A stretch of 63,618 nucleotides of DNA, filler included, from Asterionella formosa (taxonomy: Eukaryota), in assembly GCA_002256025.1 (NCBI GenBank). It is 17 parts of 17 records of this genome, joined end to end, with 100 filler letters (N's around TTAATTAATTAA, not from the genome) between each part and the next. Parts side by side here need not be neighbours in the genome. Positions count along the whole stretch, not along the records: positions 7,514 to 11,169 come from NKIB01013991.1; positions 11,270 to 14,925 come from NKIB01013992.1; positions 15,026 to 18,680 come from NKIB01013993.1; positions 18,781 to 22,434 come from NKIB01013994.1; positions 22,535 to 26,188 come from NKIB01013995.1; 12 more parts are not named here. One strand, 5' to 3'. Both the position numbers and the translations under genes were made by a program. Below the pieces are notes generated by a model. The model saw only the letters and a list, made by a program, of their open reading frames with translations. It searched no databases and was not told the DNA's origin. This document shows, piece by piece, positions 10,970 through 23,759 of the stretch. The stretch's first letter is position 1. The number at the start of each line of letters is the position of its first letter.

Positions 10970-12053
10970 TTCCATATTATTCTGCCATAGACTACCTGTA
11001 GCTATGAAAGAAATACTGTCTATTTTCATTTAGACATTCCACAGACTACATCTAGGCTTCGGACACCAGTCGACATCAACAGCCTAACAGACACATTCTG
11101 ACAATAATGGTACGTGTATTAGAGCTATTCCACGTGTAGAGGGTTAACGCATATCCCGGTACATACATTNNNNNNNNNNNNNNNNNNNNNNNNNNNNNNN
11201 NNNNNNNNNNNNNTTAATTAATTAANNNNNNNNNNNNNNNNNNNNNNNNNNNNNNNNNNNNNNNNNNNNCTCCTTTTCTTGTCGTTGTGGTGATTGAAAA
11301 GTAATTCTTGTTGTGCCCTTCTGCCAAAGTAGTGTTTCTACCACTTGTCGTAGAATTCTACGCAACTGATTGAATTACGGGGAGTGATAGAAGGGCATAC
11401 TTATATATAAACCTGTTCGCATATGTAAAAATAACATTCATTTGCGTGTGTGTCGTATGATGTCGCTCGTGTTTGTAATTCTTGACACTTGTCCATTACA
11501 GTACTAACATAGTCTACCTGAAATAATTTCTCTACCTCCTGACGTCGTTGAGTTCTACATGAAATCATGACCATGATGATGCCGGAACTTTTGTCCATCA
11601 TGAAATATGTTTGTACATATGCCCTTCGTGATAGTAAACCGGTATCAGTACAATAGGTACATTTATTGGAAAAATACCGGTGGTACCACTCCACATGGTT
11701 CGTTATAATCGTCATGTAGAAGAAGGTTGAAGTTTAGCCCAATGTATGTTTGATACCAGTATTTAACATAGATTAATGACCCCGAGGGTCATTTTAGCTT
11801 ACCCGGTATTCAGCTAAGCAAAATTCCGGAAATGATTGAGAATTTTTCCCTTTCCACCTACTGACAAAATGTTGGTACAAAAGCCTCCAAGACAAAGTGA
11901 AAGTGAGAAAACTTGCTTACCGGTACCATGTTTCTGTCTCACGATCAACCAGCTGTCATGCATGCATGCAATATTCTTTTTTAATTGGAAGAGACGAGAG
12001 AAGTGACACAGTAGAGCGTGTGATAGACCTACCACAGCTATGACAGGTACAAT

Positions 12054-14925
12054 TTATTTCACCCCCTGCCTGGGTACCTTGATAGTAATTCTGGTTTCTT
12101 TAACAACTGTAAATGAATGCTGACAAACAAAGTATATCTCCACTTCCAATTTTACCAGGTTGCTTAGACAAGTCGTGAGGTTGCTTGAGGCCCCTGCTTG
12201 TTTACTGAGTTGTTTAATATAAACAATTCTGGGACAGCTCTCCTTTAATTCAGCATCGATAGTACGAAGAGTCTTCATTATTTGTGGTATTTTAGCTTTC
12301 AAATAAGAGAACATGGCCTGGCCTTGTTGATTTAGTTGTGTCACTTCACTTTTTAAATCTTGCACTCCAAGATTTATTTGTTTCACTTCAGTTGGCAAAC
12401 CTTGCAAACCCTGAACTCCATGATTTATTTGTTTCACTTCAGTTGACAGACCTTGCAGTCCACGATTTATTTGTTTCACTTCAGTTGCAATCACTTGCAT
12501 TGAGGTGAAATTTTTTTTATTAATATCACCTCCACCTTTACTAAAATTATCAATTCAACAGTGATTGCCTTTTCCTGGATCTCTCTCAAGCTTACTAATA
12601 ATATCCCCCCACCAATGATAGCGCTCGTTTGGATCCCTCTTCAGCAATCCTTTATGCAGAGTTTTCAAAAAAGTCCAGTCTTTGATTTTTGGCAAAAATG
12701 TTTCGACCTTTTCTTCACAAACTTGGTCACTCCAATCTTTTATTTTCTTAAGCTCATCCAGCAATACTTCTTCACGCGTATCCACTTCAAAAAGTTGACG
12801 ACCAGTGCAGAGATTATATAGAAGGGCTCCAAAGCACCACATGTCATATTAGGGACTGGCTTTAACGACTACAGCACCCCTGCTCCTTCTTTTGCATCTG
12901 GTACTCAACAGCAGCCTGTTCGGGAAGCATGGGACTGGTTTTAACTCCCTTTGCAGCAACCTGCTCTATTCGAATATGGTACTCAACAGTAGCCTGTTCG
13001 GGAGGCATGTATCCAGAGCTTGTTCGCTTCTGACCAGCATTTTCTTTGTCAATTAATGCCGCATTATCAAGATCAATTGCAGCATATCCAACACCCTCGC
13101 TACCAGACACAAAATTTCGAGCCTTCACATCTCCGTGCATAACCTTACACTCTTCATTTAGAAACTGAAGGCACTTAGCAATTTGGATTGCAATGAAACG
13201 CACCATGAAAATGGCTTTGCCTGCAATTTTTTTATGCGATATAGCATCACTGAGGTCATTCTTGTTCCCGCACTCCATGACTAGGAGATGATTGAATTCA
13301 ATGTCTCCTTTTGCCAATTGACTGTCTGGTTAAGTTGAATCTCAATACCCAGATAACCATATTCATCCAACCCTTCCATGCTGTCAGTATATGCAGCCCT
13401 CACACTGATTACAATTTTTTTTGCACCATGAATGCTCATGATTTTGTTCCGCTTTGCCAATTCGCGCAGGAATGCAGGCCTTTCTGTAAAGAGCTTGAAT
13501 GCTACGCCGGTCAATTGCGTGGCCCCAGGTACAACGATCAATTCAGTGCCAAACATAACCATACAGGTACCTGAGAAATGCTTCTCCTCCTCAAATTGAT
13601 ATTTTCCAAGAAACCTTCCGTATTTATCACCCCACTCTTTGAGCTTGGGAAGCTTGGACAACTTTGCCCTATTGGCAACCTTTTGCCATGTCTCTTTTTT
13701 AACTGAAATGACGCTACTTCCGTTGCGCTATGATTATAAATGGAGATTTCCAGCTGATCCTATTCTTCGGACCCTCTCAGCTGTTCCTTTATCTGGAAGA
13801 ATATATTGGCCGCATCAGCTGTTCCAAGATCCACCAAGATTTCCAAAACAGTCCAGTTAGGTATTGGTTCTTGATTCAAATCGAGGCATGGGAGAGTCCT
13901 GCTTCGATCAAATTCATTGGTGGCGAGCACCCAAAAGAAAAAGCCCAGCCGCTCTGGAACAAAGAAAATTCTCCGCCTCTCTGGAACTTTCTCAGCTTGG
14001 GGTGCGTTTAGCATGCACAATTGCTCAAAAGCCGCAAAACCTTATACCAAATTACAATAGGATTTGACAGATCCTTTTGTACCTCATACTGTTTGGAAGA
14101 CCGCTGGCCATCTCCAACATCAAGGGTTGCATATTTCTTTATCGATTGAAGGAGCCTCGAAACACAATATTCAAATGGATTATAGCTCGTTTCATTATCA
14201 AGAGTGTTAGTCGCATCTGGGTGTTTCTTGATCAAAATATGGACAACATCAAAATCAGGATAATCTCCTAGTTGCAACGCGAGGAGAAGAGGTGACTGAG
14301 GTTTGGAGTGCCATAGTTTGCAACTGAATTTGGGTTGTCCTTTATGATTTGCTTGATCTCTGGAGCTTTTTCACCTCGAAAAATTGCCAAATGAAGTGGA
14401 ATAAAGGGCATTTTCATGGACTTAATGGCATAAGGACATTTGTCCACAAAAGCTTGGATGGATACAAGTGATACTGGCTTTTCCCCTCCTAGACCACAGT
14501 CAAGAGGAGCAGGCATCCAAAAGGGCATTTATAATTTCCACTGGAGCCCGGACTTTCATGCCAAGGTGCAGTGGAGTGTTGCCCTTGTTGTCTTTCATCA
14601 TCATGACATCAGGACAGGCATCCAAAAGGACCTTGATAACCACCACACTGGCCCCTCCTTCGATTCCAAGGTGCAACAGAGTGTTTCCATGGCGATCTTG
14701 CACCTTTGCAGCTTCAGGACAAGCTTTCAACAGGGGGTTCAATATCATCCACCCTGACATGGGGTGTTTCCCCCCAGATCAGGGATAATTAAAAACAATA
14801 TCATCAATGTTCTCCGGTTTGAGAAAGTTCTTGCTTCTTATCTCAACTGTTCTTTGGATTTTATTAAGTAAGCGATCATCAATTGAATTATACCGGAGAC
14901 CAAGTTCAGTCAAGACAGTATTGAC
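12054..14925 (-). pseudogene. Ankyrin-repeat + protein kinase + coiled-coil + C-terminal domain gene, disrupted
   Basis: Ankyrin-like HGNTLLHLG / KGNTPLHLG / IPLHLAI, kinase HGDVKARNF, AAIDLD, SSGYMPPE and YDMWCFGALL, and TEVKQIN heptad repeats. Split over at least 7 ORFs by frameshifts, with an in-frame TAA (ASP*YDMW) near 12850. Confidence 0.8.
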
Positions 14926-15954
14926 NNNNNNNNNNNNNNNNNNNNNNNNNNNNNNNNNNNNNNNNNNNNTTAATTAATTAANNNNNNNNNNNNNNNNNNN
15001 NNNNNNNNNNNNNNNNNNNNNNNNNAGTCTAAACTCTCGGTGTTCGCGCCGCTCTTTTATGGAGGAGAGCGTGATGCAATAAGATCCATGAGGACCATCG
15101 TCATGGTTGTCAAGTCTCTTAATGTTGCCACCAGCAACCGACGACAAAGCATTCTGGGCGCATGATTAACATACTGACAATGACGGGGTCATGGTGCAAG
15201 CGTTGTTATTACTACTGTACGAGCAAAATAAATCGCTCAAGGGATGTGTGGCTGTGGTGGTCATCAACTGGTGGAGCTTGGAGGAGACAATATGTACATA
15301 TACCTGTAGATATATATCAATTGATCTACCCTATATACAGAAAGGAGTTGATGCCATGTACGATATAAACTTACCAGTACTACCGGTATGTGACAATGTG
15401 AAGGAATACTGTTTGTACTGTACATCCATGTCATCATATGGTGGGTGACACGTCATATAGAGCAGGAGTACCGTATATACCGGTAGTAAAGTAAGAAAGC
15501 AGGCAGAAGGCCAGCAGATGGATGTGTAGATATTTAGAATTTTCACACAGATATAATTAATTAATACACTACGGTGCCTGGTACTGTACCTCGTACCTGG
15601 TCTACCTGGTAGCGATGTATGTAGATATCGGTATGCTCTATTTGGTTGCCGGGTGGTCTTGCAAACGCGTTTTGCGAGCAGCATCACAAAAGACAGGTCG
15701 TGAATATTTTGGGTGGCCCATCCATGATAGGTAGACCAGTACCAGGGTACCGGTCGTAGATCCTCTGCTGTTTGCCATCGACCGTATTCTTGCTGTCCCT
15801 CCCGCGTCCACTTGAAGGAGTGCAACGCCTAGGAGGTTATTCAAAGATTTGCCTTCCAGCAGAGTTCAACGACGAACACTTTCTTTTGGCCTACGTAATC
15901 GAGCATCTTGGCTTTTTCGATGCTACTTTGGACGCCTGACGAAATAATAACGCC

Positions 15955-16822
15955 ATGATGAAGGTTGCTATTCTTGCGTCTCTTGCCGCATCGGCTGCTG
16001 CCTTTGCCCCTGCTTCCACTGTCGGTACGTCCAGTGATTCCGTATCCTGATTCACCGTGTCATACAGGACGTTCATGCCGCGGTCATGGAGCATTAATGG
16101 AGTCTCCGGGTTGGATATCAGGGTCGTAGCTATCTTTATTGTGAAGGAAGTTATGGAATAGATTCGCTCAAGTGCAGCTGTGTGCTGTCTCTTCATCCGA
16201 AGTAGTCTCCTGTTTCGGCACCCGTCGTATGCGCCCATCTCACCAACTTGTGATCGCCGACTTCCCTCGCACAGGACGCACGGTTACATCCCTCAATTAC
16301 GAGAAGAGCCCCTCCCTTCCTTTCCTTCCATACCCTGAAAATTTAAAGGGTTATGTCGGAGACGTTGGTTTCGATCCTTTCCGCTTCTCTGACTTTGTCC
16401 CCATGGATTTTCTTCGCGAGGCAGAAATCAAGCACGGTCGTATTTGCATGTTGGCGTGGGCCGGCTTTGTTGCGGTCGACCTTGGACTAAAGATTTACCC
16501 ATTCCCTGAGGCGTATGAGGGCCTCACCTCTGCAACCGCCCACGATGCCCTTGTCAAGCAGGGTGCCATGGGACAAATTCTTCTTTGGGCTAGTCTCGCT
16601 GAAGTCATATCCACGGTCGCTGTCATGCAGATGATGGCCGGATCTGGACGCAAGGCTGGAGACTTTGGACTTGACCCTATGGGATTCTTGGCGAACAAGT
16701 CGGAGGAGGACATCAACGAGATGAAGCTTAAGGAGCTCACCAATGGACGTTTGGCGATGATGGCGTTCTCTGGTGTTGTCACTCAAGCCGTCCTCACCCA
16801 AGGACCTTTCCCTTATGTTTAA
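15955..16822 (+). CDS. LHCR: Light-harvesting fucoxanthin-chlorophyll protein, Lhcr (PSI antenna) type; exons 15955-16024 and 16275-16822, 205 aa
   Basis: MMKVAILASLAASAAAFAP bipartite presequence, GTACGT...ACAG phase-1 intron, and the motifs GFDP, REAEIKHGRICMLA and ELTNGRLAMMA. Confidence 0.93.
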
Positions 16823-17376
16823 AGCCATTCTAGAGTAGGTCTGTTAGCTACATTGCCTCAAAAATCATTATCCCTTCGGATTTTAAAATTACAAAAACAA
16901 ATAGAAATGGAGATCACTTCTATACATTATTACTTTGGAGCATAATGTTGATTCCCTAAAAGAAGTGCCGCCAAAGTTAGCACCCGTATTGCAAGCGACT
17001 TTGCATATCTTTAGGAAACAAACCTACCGGTATACTAAAACATCAATTATGCTCTGGTGAAGCAAATGTGGATCATTTCTCGACTTCCCTACAAATTTTG
17101 TATTCGTTATGGAGGGCTTGTCGAGGTTTCTATTTTTTGGCTGTACCCTGGTAGTATGACCTACTCGAGACGGGCGCATACAAGTTGAACGACAAAATAC
17201 AGAAACATGAAACCATAGATTACTATTGTGTTCTCTTGGGTTCATGAACCTGGTAAGCGAGGATATGTTGTATTCCCATGTATTTGTGAAGGCCAAACAT
17301 GACATGACAGGCCCAGCTGGATTATAAAGAGAATGGAACAATGAACTACATTTCCTCCGGAAATCTTTGTAATACT

Positions 17377-18209
17377 TTACACGTATGGGAATCCATGGCC
17401 AGTAAGAACAGCCTGGGTAGCAACACCTCCAATAGCAAACATTGCCAAACGTCCATTCTTCAATTCACGGAGCTTCCAACGTCGGACCTCCTCAGGGGAC
17501 TTGTCCTTGAGGATTTTAAGTGGATCAAGTCCGAAGTTACCAGGTTCACGTCCAGATCCCTGCAACATCTCCGAAACAGCCAAATATCCGATCATCTCGG
17601 CGATTCCGATAAAGAGGAACAGGTTGCCCATGGCACCTTGCGTGACAAGGGCGTCATGAGCTGTCGTAGAAGTAAGTCCTTCATATGCCTCAGGGAAAGG
17701 GTAGATCTTGGCCCCCATGTCGGTGGCGACGAATCCTGTCCAGGCAAGCATGGCAATGCGACAATGCTTCAATTCCGCCTCGCGGAGGTAATCCATGGGG
17801 AAGTAGTCGGAAATGCGAAGTGGGTCAAATCCAGTCTCGTCGCCAACGTAGCCTCTGACGTTTTCTGGGTATGGGAGGAACGGAAGAGCGGGTGACTTCA
17901 CCTTGGCATTGAGGGAAGTCGTCGCCTTGGCTATGCGGTGTAATAAGGATGAAAGAGTTAGAAATACATCTATACAAGTTGGAGAAGATTCCTTGCCTTT
18001 ATGCTGCTCGGCCAAGGCTTCCCAGCCTGTTTCTTGATTCAGGTAGTCCCTACTTAAGTACACATCGGACCCTCTGGCTTGTGGTATGTCTCGTTTCGCA
18101 ATCTATTTTAAAGATCCTTGTTCCCCTGTCCAAATCACGTACCTCCCTGGGAAGCAGGAGCAAAGGCGGAGGCAGAGCCAAGGAACGCGGCGAGGATAGC
18201 GAGCTTCAT
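17377..18209 (-). CDS. LHCR: Light-harvesting protein, Lhcr type; exons 18209-18143 and 17930-17377, 206 aa (alternative in-frame ATG at 18218)
   Basis: MKLAILAAFLGSASAFAP presequence, GTACGT...ATAG phase-1 intron, and the motifs GFDP, REAELKHCRIAMLA and ELKNGRLAMFA. Confidence 0.93.
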
Positions 18210-18780
18210 GGTGGACATTCAGTGTAATAGCAGAGGATGTACCAGAAGCATCAGCTAGCAACACAGAAAGGTGAACAAAAGTTGGTTGAACTGAAAGATT
18301 TGTTATATCTGTTGTGATTGTGTGTCGTTCAGTACTGCTATAGAACTATATCATGACGTCAGAGGACAATTACCGATTGGTATTGTACCTGGTACCAGGT
18401 ACCAGTTCGTGTAATGGGGTATGCCACTACCCGTAAAACCTGGTGCCTCGTATCCCCCCAGATACCTGTACCCCCCTTCGTACATCTGGCACAACACCCC
18501 CAAATATTTTATGTCTACAGAAAAAATAACAGCATATTATTGTATTCTAGCACTTTATTAATGAATTTACTATAATTGTATTCTTACCGGTCACCATCAT
18601 GAAACAACAATCAACAACAACACGAGCGATGCCAATGACATTTGCGATGGCGATATCCTTGTCCTGAGATCTATTTCAAANNNNNNNNNNNNNNNNNNNN
18701 NNNNNNNNNNNNNNNNNNNNNNNNTTAATTAATTAANNNNNNNNNNNNNNNNNNNNNNNNNNNNNNNNNNNNNNNNNNNN

Positions 18781-21700
18781 TCATGTTGTTTATATAGGTT
18801 CTGGCAGACATTGCGTATTTTATGCCAATCTTGTTCCATGCATCACTTAAATACTCAATATTCCCACCCAAGTAATACTCTGGTGCTCCTATTCCCTTTA
18901 ATGTGTAATCTTTTTGGATGTCCTTGATAACTGCTAGTGGATCCTTGGAAAACGCCAAGATATCATCCACATATGTAGCGATGTATTCATAATGATCTCC
19001 ACAGTCACCATTCATCCATTGTATATTTATTGGTACTGAGTTGTCTGTAGGGTCATGCTTCTTGGATCTGTGGTTAAGTACTTTTAAGGGTGTCCAAATG
19101 TAATCATCATACTCTTGTGTTGCCAGTTTGTCAATGATCCAGTGATATTCTTGTAATTGTTTGATATTTTTTCTGTCATGTACTTGTTTTCCTTGTTGTT
19201 TTTCATTGCATAGATGTCACCTTCATAGTTGCCAAAAATACTCATCTTGTTTATTTCTTCTTTTTCATCCTGTGGGCAACTCACAGCTGTCATTATATAA
19301 TGAGGATTAGGCATGCGTTTCCTAATTGACTTCCTAATGTTTGGTATCTTTTGTTCCACATGTGCCACCTCCCCTTTCTCCTGTTCTCTAATATCCCCTG
19401 TCTCTTGCACTGTGTGTATTGAACTCTCATGCATTACTTTTGGAATCTCTTGTTCTGCTTCTACCTCTTGTTCTGTATGTAGTACCTCCCCTGTCTCCTG
19501 TTCTCTAACCTCCCCTGTCTCTTGTGCTGTGCGTATTGGACTCTCACACGTTATTGCTCCCCTCGAAGTCGGTATTGTAACGCCAGGTGTCCTTTTGCGC
19601 TGGCGGGAAATGGTGGGTTCGACACGGGTGGGAGTGAAGTAGGTAAGGGGGCAAGAGGAGTTGTGTTGGCTACCGCAGGGTCGGTCATGGGATTAAACTG
19701 TATGCGGTGATTGGGGTGGGCCGGGTCACATGGTCGGACAACACTGCGGTGTAGCACTTGTTGTGTATGGTCAGTGAGGATTTTGTAGGCCAGGATGTCC
19801 CCCACATTGTCTGCAATTCCAACCCAGTACCCAGGCTTTTCTTTAGTATCTGGATATACCTCTTGGTAGTCTAAGTAATACACTTTCTCATAAAACTGGA
19901 AGTGTAAGAATTTTGAGATATCAGGGGTGTCACCATGGCGTAGTGTGAGGGGAATCGCCCAATTGAGGGTCTCATCAGCACTATGGTTGTGTAAAGCAGC
20001 AAGGTACTGTGATGATAGCAACCAAAGCATAGGAGGTGCTGCTCCTGTTCGATCAAGTAGCAATTGGGTGTGTTGCTTCAACCATTTAACTGCCTGTAAC
20101 TCAATCATGTTCTGCTGTGGATGGTATGGCTCCGTATATTCATCCCCAATCAGATATAAACGGTTGAGTCGTTGGAACCGGAAGCCAGATTGGACACGTG
20201 AATTATCTCGACGTAAAATGGTGGGGCAACCTTCATGCAGCAGGAAATCGTTGTAAGCATTGGGGGCACCGTTTTTGGAAGGCATACCATATACATTGAT
20301 AACATGGGACGTGATTCCATAGGAGCCCTGTGCACAAGTAGCACCAGTAATGTTGCGGCAGTTGGCAAAGAATGTATCAGTTGCTACCTTCTCTTTGAGG
20401 CGTGGCCGATTAGCTTGAGGAAAGCGGGATTTAATGTGGCGTCGAAGGGGATACCGGTATATAGCTTTAGCCAATTGTGTTGTGTTGGCCAAGGTATGGG
20501 AAATGACCTCAGTTGATTGGAATCCTAGGTATGATCTGAGGGCATCAATGTTTGGATTGACTATGAGAGTAATAAGGAGAGCATGGCACATTTTGTTAGG
20601 TTTCTCAGCTGCAAGATTTGGGTTTAATACCAAGCCCAAAGGGTTCTTGTATGTATTGAGGGTAGAGTCCAAGAGTACATATGGTGAGGTGCAGAGTTTA
20701 TCGTCTTCCATGTGTACAATGTTATGTACCTGGACTGAGATATCTTGCTGTAATGGCATCAATGATAAGCATTGGTCACTGTAGTGTGAGTTAGGATCCC
20801 AAGGGGAGTCTGCTGTGATATCGATAGGTGTTAATGATGTTAATTCTTGTTCTGTTGGTAACCGGTGTCTGAATGTCATAAGACCTCCATTAATGATAAA
20901 AGGGATGTAGACATGAGGACGGGGAAGAAAACACTGTCCTCCTTTCCTGCCTGGTACACTTGTTGGGTGCTTAGTGGAAATAGAATCAACAATGCAGTCA
21001 TGCTCTCGTAATTGAAACTCTGAGAGGAGGGTGGTAGGACTGCCTTGATTATACTCAGCTTCATGTACACGTAGAAGGTATTTGTTCCCTTGTGTCTCCA
21101 CTACTGTTACCGCACTGACAATGGGCATTCCAGTTTTACGGGAAGCTTTTGCATCAAACCCGACAAGGTTGGCTTTTCGTGACGTATATGACTCAATATG
21201 CCATCCGTCTCCAATGACACAAGTATCTGCTCCATTGTCTGCTATACTTAGAAAAGTATGCTCGTTCAGTAATGATAGTAAACATCTGTGGTTGCATATG
21301 GTGGTATTCATTGTAATGTCTCAAGTATGCACTGTATAGATGGAGCAAATACCATCATTTAGTTTTTCCTCGTGCTTTAACACCTCAGTTAGTAAGGAAA
21401 TAAGCTGTTCTGCATCCGGGTCATCTGAGGTATCTTGATGTTGCTGCGTTTCAATTTGGTGGGTTGATTGCATTGACATATTTGCTGCTCGTTCTTCAGG
21501 ATTGCGTTCTGCCAGATTGGAATATTGTTTGGAGACCATTGGGGGGTTGCTAAGCATTGAAGTAGTAGTATCATAGGTAATGGAACTTCCTGATGGTGGG
21601 ATACTGTTGGTCGAAGATGACATGATAGTATCTCTTATGTGTTGAATTTCACTTCTTGCACTTGGGGTCAACTGTTGCCATATGGTACAGGGTATCATAA

Positions 21701-22434
21701 GGTCATCTGGGTACTGGTTGGGATTACGGTTCTGTCGTCGTTGTACCATAGTGTTTAACAATTGTCTGACCGTCATATCACTTGTTGTATCAAAGGTGCG
21801 TCGATCAGATGATACCCCTGTTTGTGCCATTGATGCACTATTCATAGCTTCAAAAGCTGCAACCCTTATTCCATGGTCTTGTATATGGTTACAGGTTTCT
21901 GTGAAACTGAATCCTTTGCTTGTGCAAGTATCAATGATGGTACTAAGCTCTAGTGTCCAAAGGTTGTTAAGCAATCTATTTGTCATTTCTGCATTTGTAT
22001 AAATGCGTTGCAATCCAAAAAGTCCATTGAATGCGCCCCGGTAGTAGTTGTCGACAAAACCCACAATGCCATTATGATAACCAGGGTAATACTTAGTTTG
22101 GATAACTTGCTCATGTGCTGCAATTTGTAATTTCTTTGTTCCCCCCAACATATATGTATTTACACATTCATGCCAAGCCAGTATCCCATCTTGTGTAGTT
22201 CTATGACGTTCTAGCATCCGATGTGTTATTGCTGCGCCATTACACGAAGTCATTATTGCTCCAAATATGTATGCACTGTCTGATTTTAGTTGTTGAAGGT
22301 GTATTCCTATCTTGGGGAAGTCATCTAAACATGATTCTTTTTATGACACATATGCTTGAACAAAGGATGGTGATATTGCATACCCGCATTGTGACATATA
22401 CAGTTGGTCTTCAAAGGCAACTTGAAAACTTGCA
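18781..22434 (-). mobile_element. Degenerate diatom-type Ty1/copia element (gag remnant, protease, integrase, RT fragment)
   Basis: Protease ADNGADTC, integrase VATDTFF / LRRDNS / TEPYHPQQN / TPDIS, and RT YIATYVDD at 18782-19015. Most of the integrase-RT linker is missing or replaced. Confidence 0.85.
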
Positions 22435-22590
22435 NNNNNNNNNNNNNNNNNNNNNNNNNNNNNNNNNNNNNNNNNNNNTTAATTAATTAANNNNNNNNNN
22501 NNNNNNNNNNNNNNNNNNNNNNNNNNNNNNNNNNTATAGAATTATGTGAACAAAAATTTAAGGCAATGTGAACTGAATAACAGAATTAAT

Positions 22591-22683
22591 TGAAGTATTT
22601 CAAATAATTATGTGAAGTATTTCAAATAATTATGTGAAGTATTTCAAATAATTATGTGAAGTATTTCAAATAATTATGTGAAG
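22591..22683 (+). repeat. Perfect 22-bp tandem repeat x4 (TGAAGTATTTCAAATAATTATG)
   Basis: Read directly. There are no spacers between units, so it is not a CRISPR array. Confidence 0.95.
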
Positions 22684-23412
22684 GTGATCACGTAATATAG
22701 TGATGATCAGGAATGCATGCATGATACTCTGATTAAATAATTAACGTGATGTATTCAGATAATATATAGATATATTCAAGTAAGCATTTTGATGTATTCA
22801 ACTAATTCATGTGATCCATTCAAAATCAACTAGGCTTATTTACGTGATGGTCACTTCACGTAATACGCGGCTTAGATGTCAACAAGAAGAGAAAAGTAAG
22901 AATGGATGAGTAACAACATGGTGATGGGCATTTAGCACGACAAATATGTTGATAGGGTAAGTATAGCTAGTTAAGGTCTCTGCATTGGCCTTTGAACCCT
23001 TGGACAAAAATTATAAGATTGCTTAGAGCTGCCGAAATTCCCTGGCGGAACTACAAATTTTGATGATATAATTTTGAATGACAAGATTCGATTTGAAATA
23101 TTTAAATCAGTGGAAATTTGCGCATATTTACATAATCCTTTTCGAATTCGCTAAATATGTATATAAACAGTCTTAATTGCTCTATGTACATACTATGCCT
23201 TACACTACTACGAACAGATCAACATACTATATGTGTCATATGACTCGACGCATTCTAGTACTGGTGTGTGTACAATCACTGGGTGCGCTTCGAAATTAAA
23301 AAAATATCATGTGTTTTATAACATAAATTACTGTACTCATAACCCCAAAATTTGTGTTTATGTTTTCCAAATTTGCTAACTCTGGTTTGCACCTCCTCTA
23401 GTTTCAACACAA

Positions 23413-23757
23413 TTGCTTCAAAAAGCGGACAAGAATGATAATATTCCAATGCAGATGCAAATGCAACAACAACAGCAACAGAAGATGATGAACATGATGA
23501 TAATGTCAATCATGTCATCCATGTTGAACCATGGGACATCACAAACAACCACCTCAACTACCATTGTCGAAATCATTCAGGCAATGATGAATTCAATGAT
23601 AGCTTCTAATATGCTATCAATGAAGCAATCATTGCAATCTCCAAGCGCAACAACGCCGAGTAAAAATGCACAACCATCTTCATCTGCATCCATAAAATTT
23701 CAAACCCCAGATGATAATGATGGTGACAAAGAAAGCAGTAGTAGTGATGATGAATGA
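23413..23757 (+). pseudogene. Gln/Met-rich C-terminal fragment, probable second (accessory) gene of the adjacent PIF/Harbinger element
   Basis: MQMQMQQQQQQKMMNMMIMSIM, convergent with and abutting the transposase 3' end. The two-gene convergent layout is typical of PIF/Harbinger elements. Confidence 0.4.
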
Positions 23758-23759
23758 GT

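Noticed and set aside
16487..17895. Antisense ORFs overlapping the Lhcr genes (113, 95 and 184 aa)
   Set aside because: Shadow ORFs caused by codon bias of highly expressed genes; no recognisable motifs.
22591..22683. Possible CRISPR array
   Set aside because: Head-to-tail 22-bp units without spacers, no cas genes, eukaryotic context.
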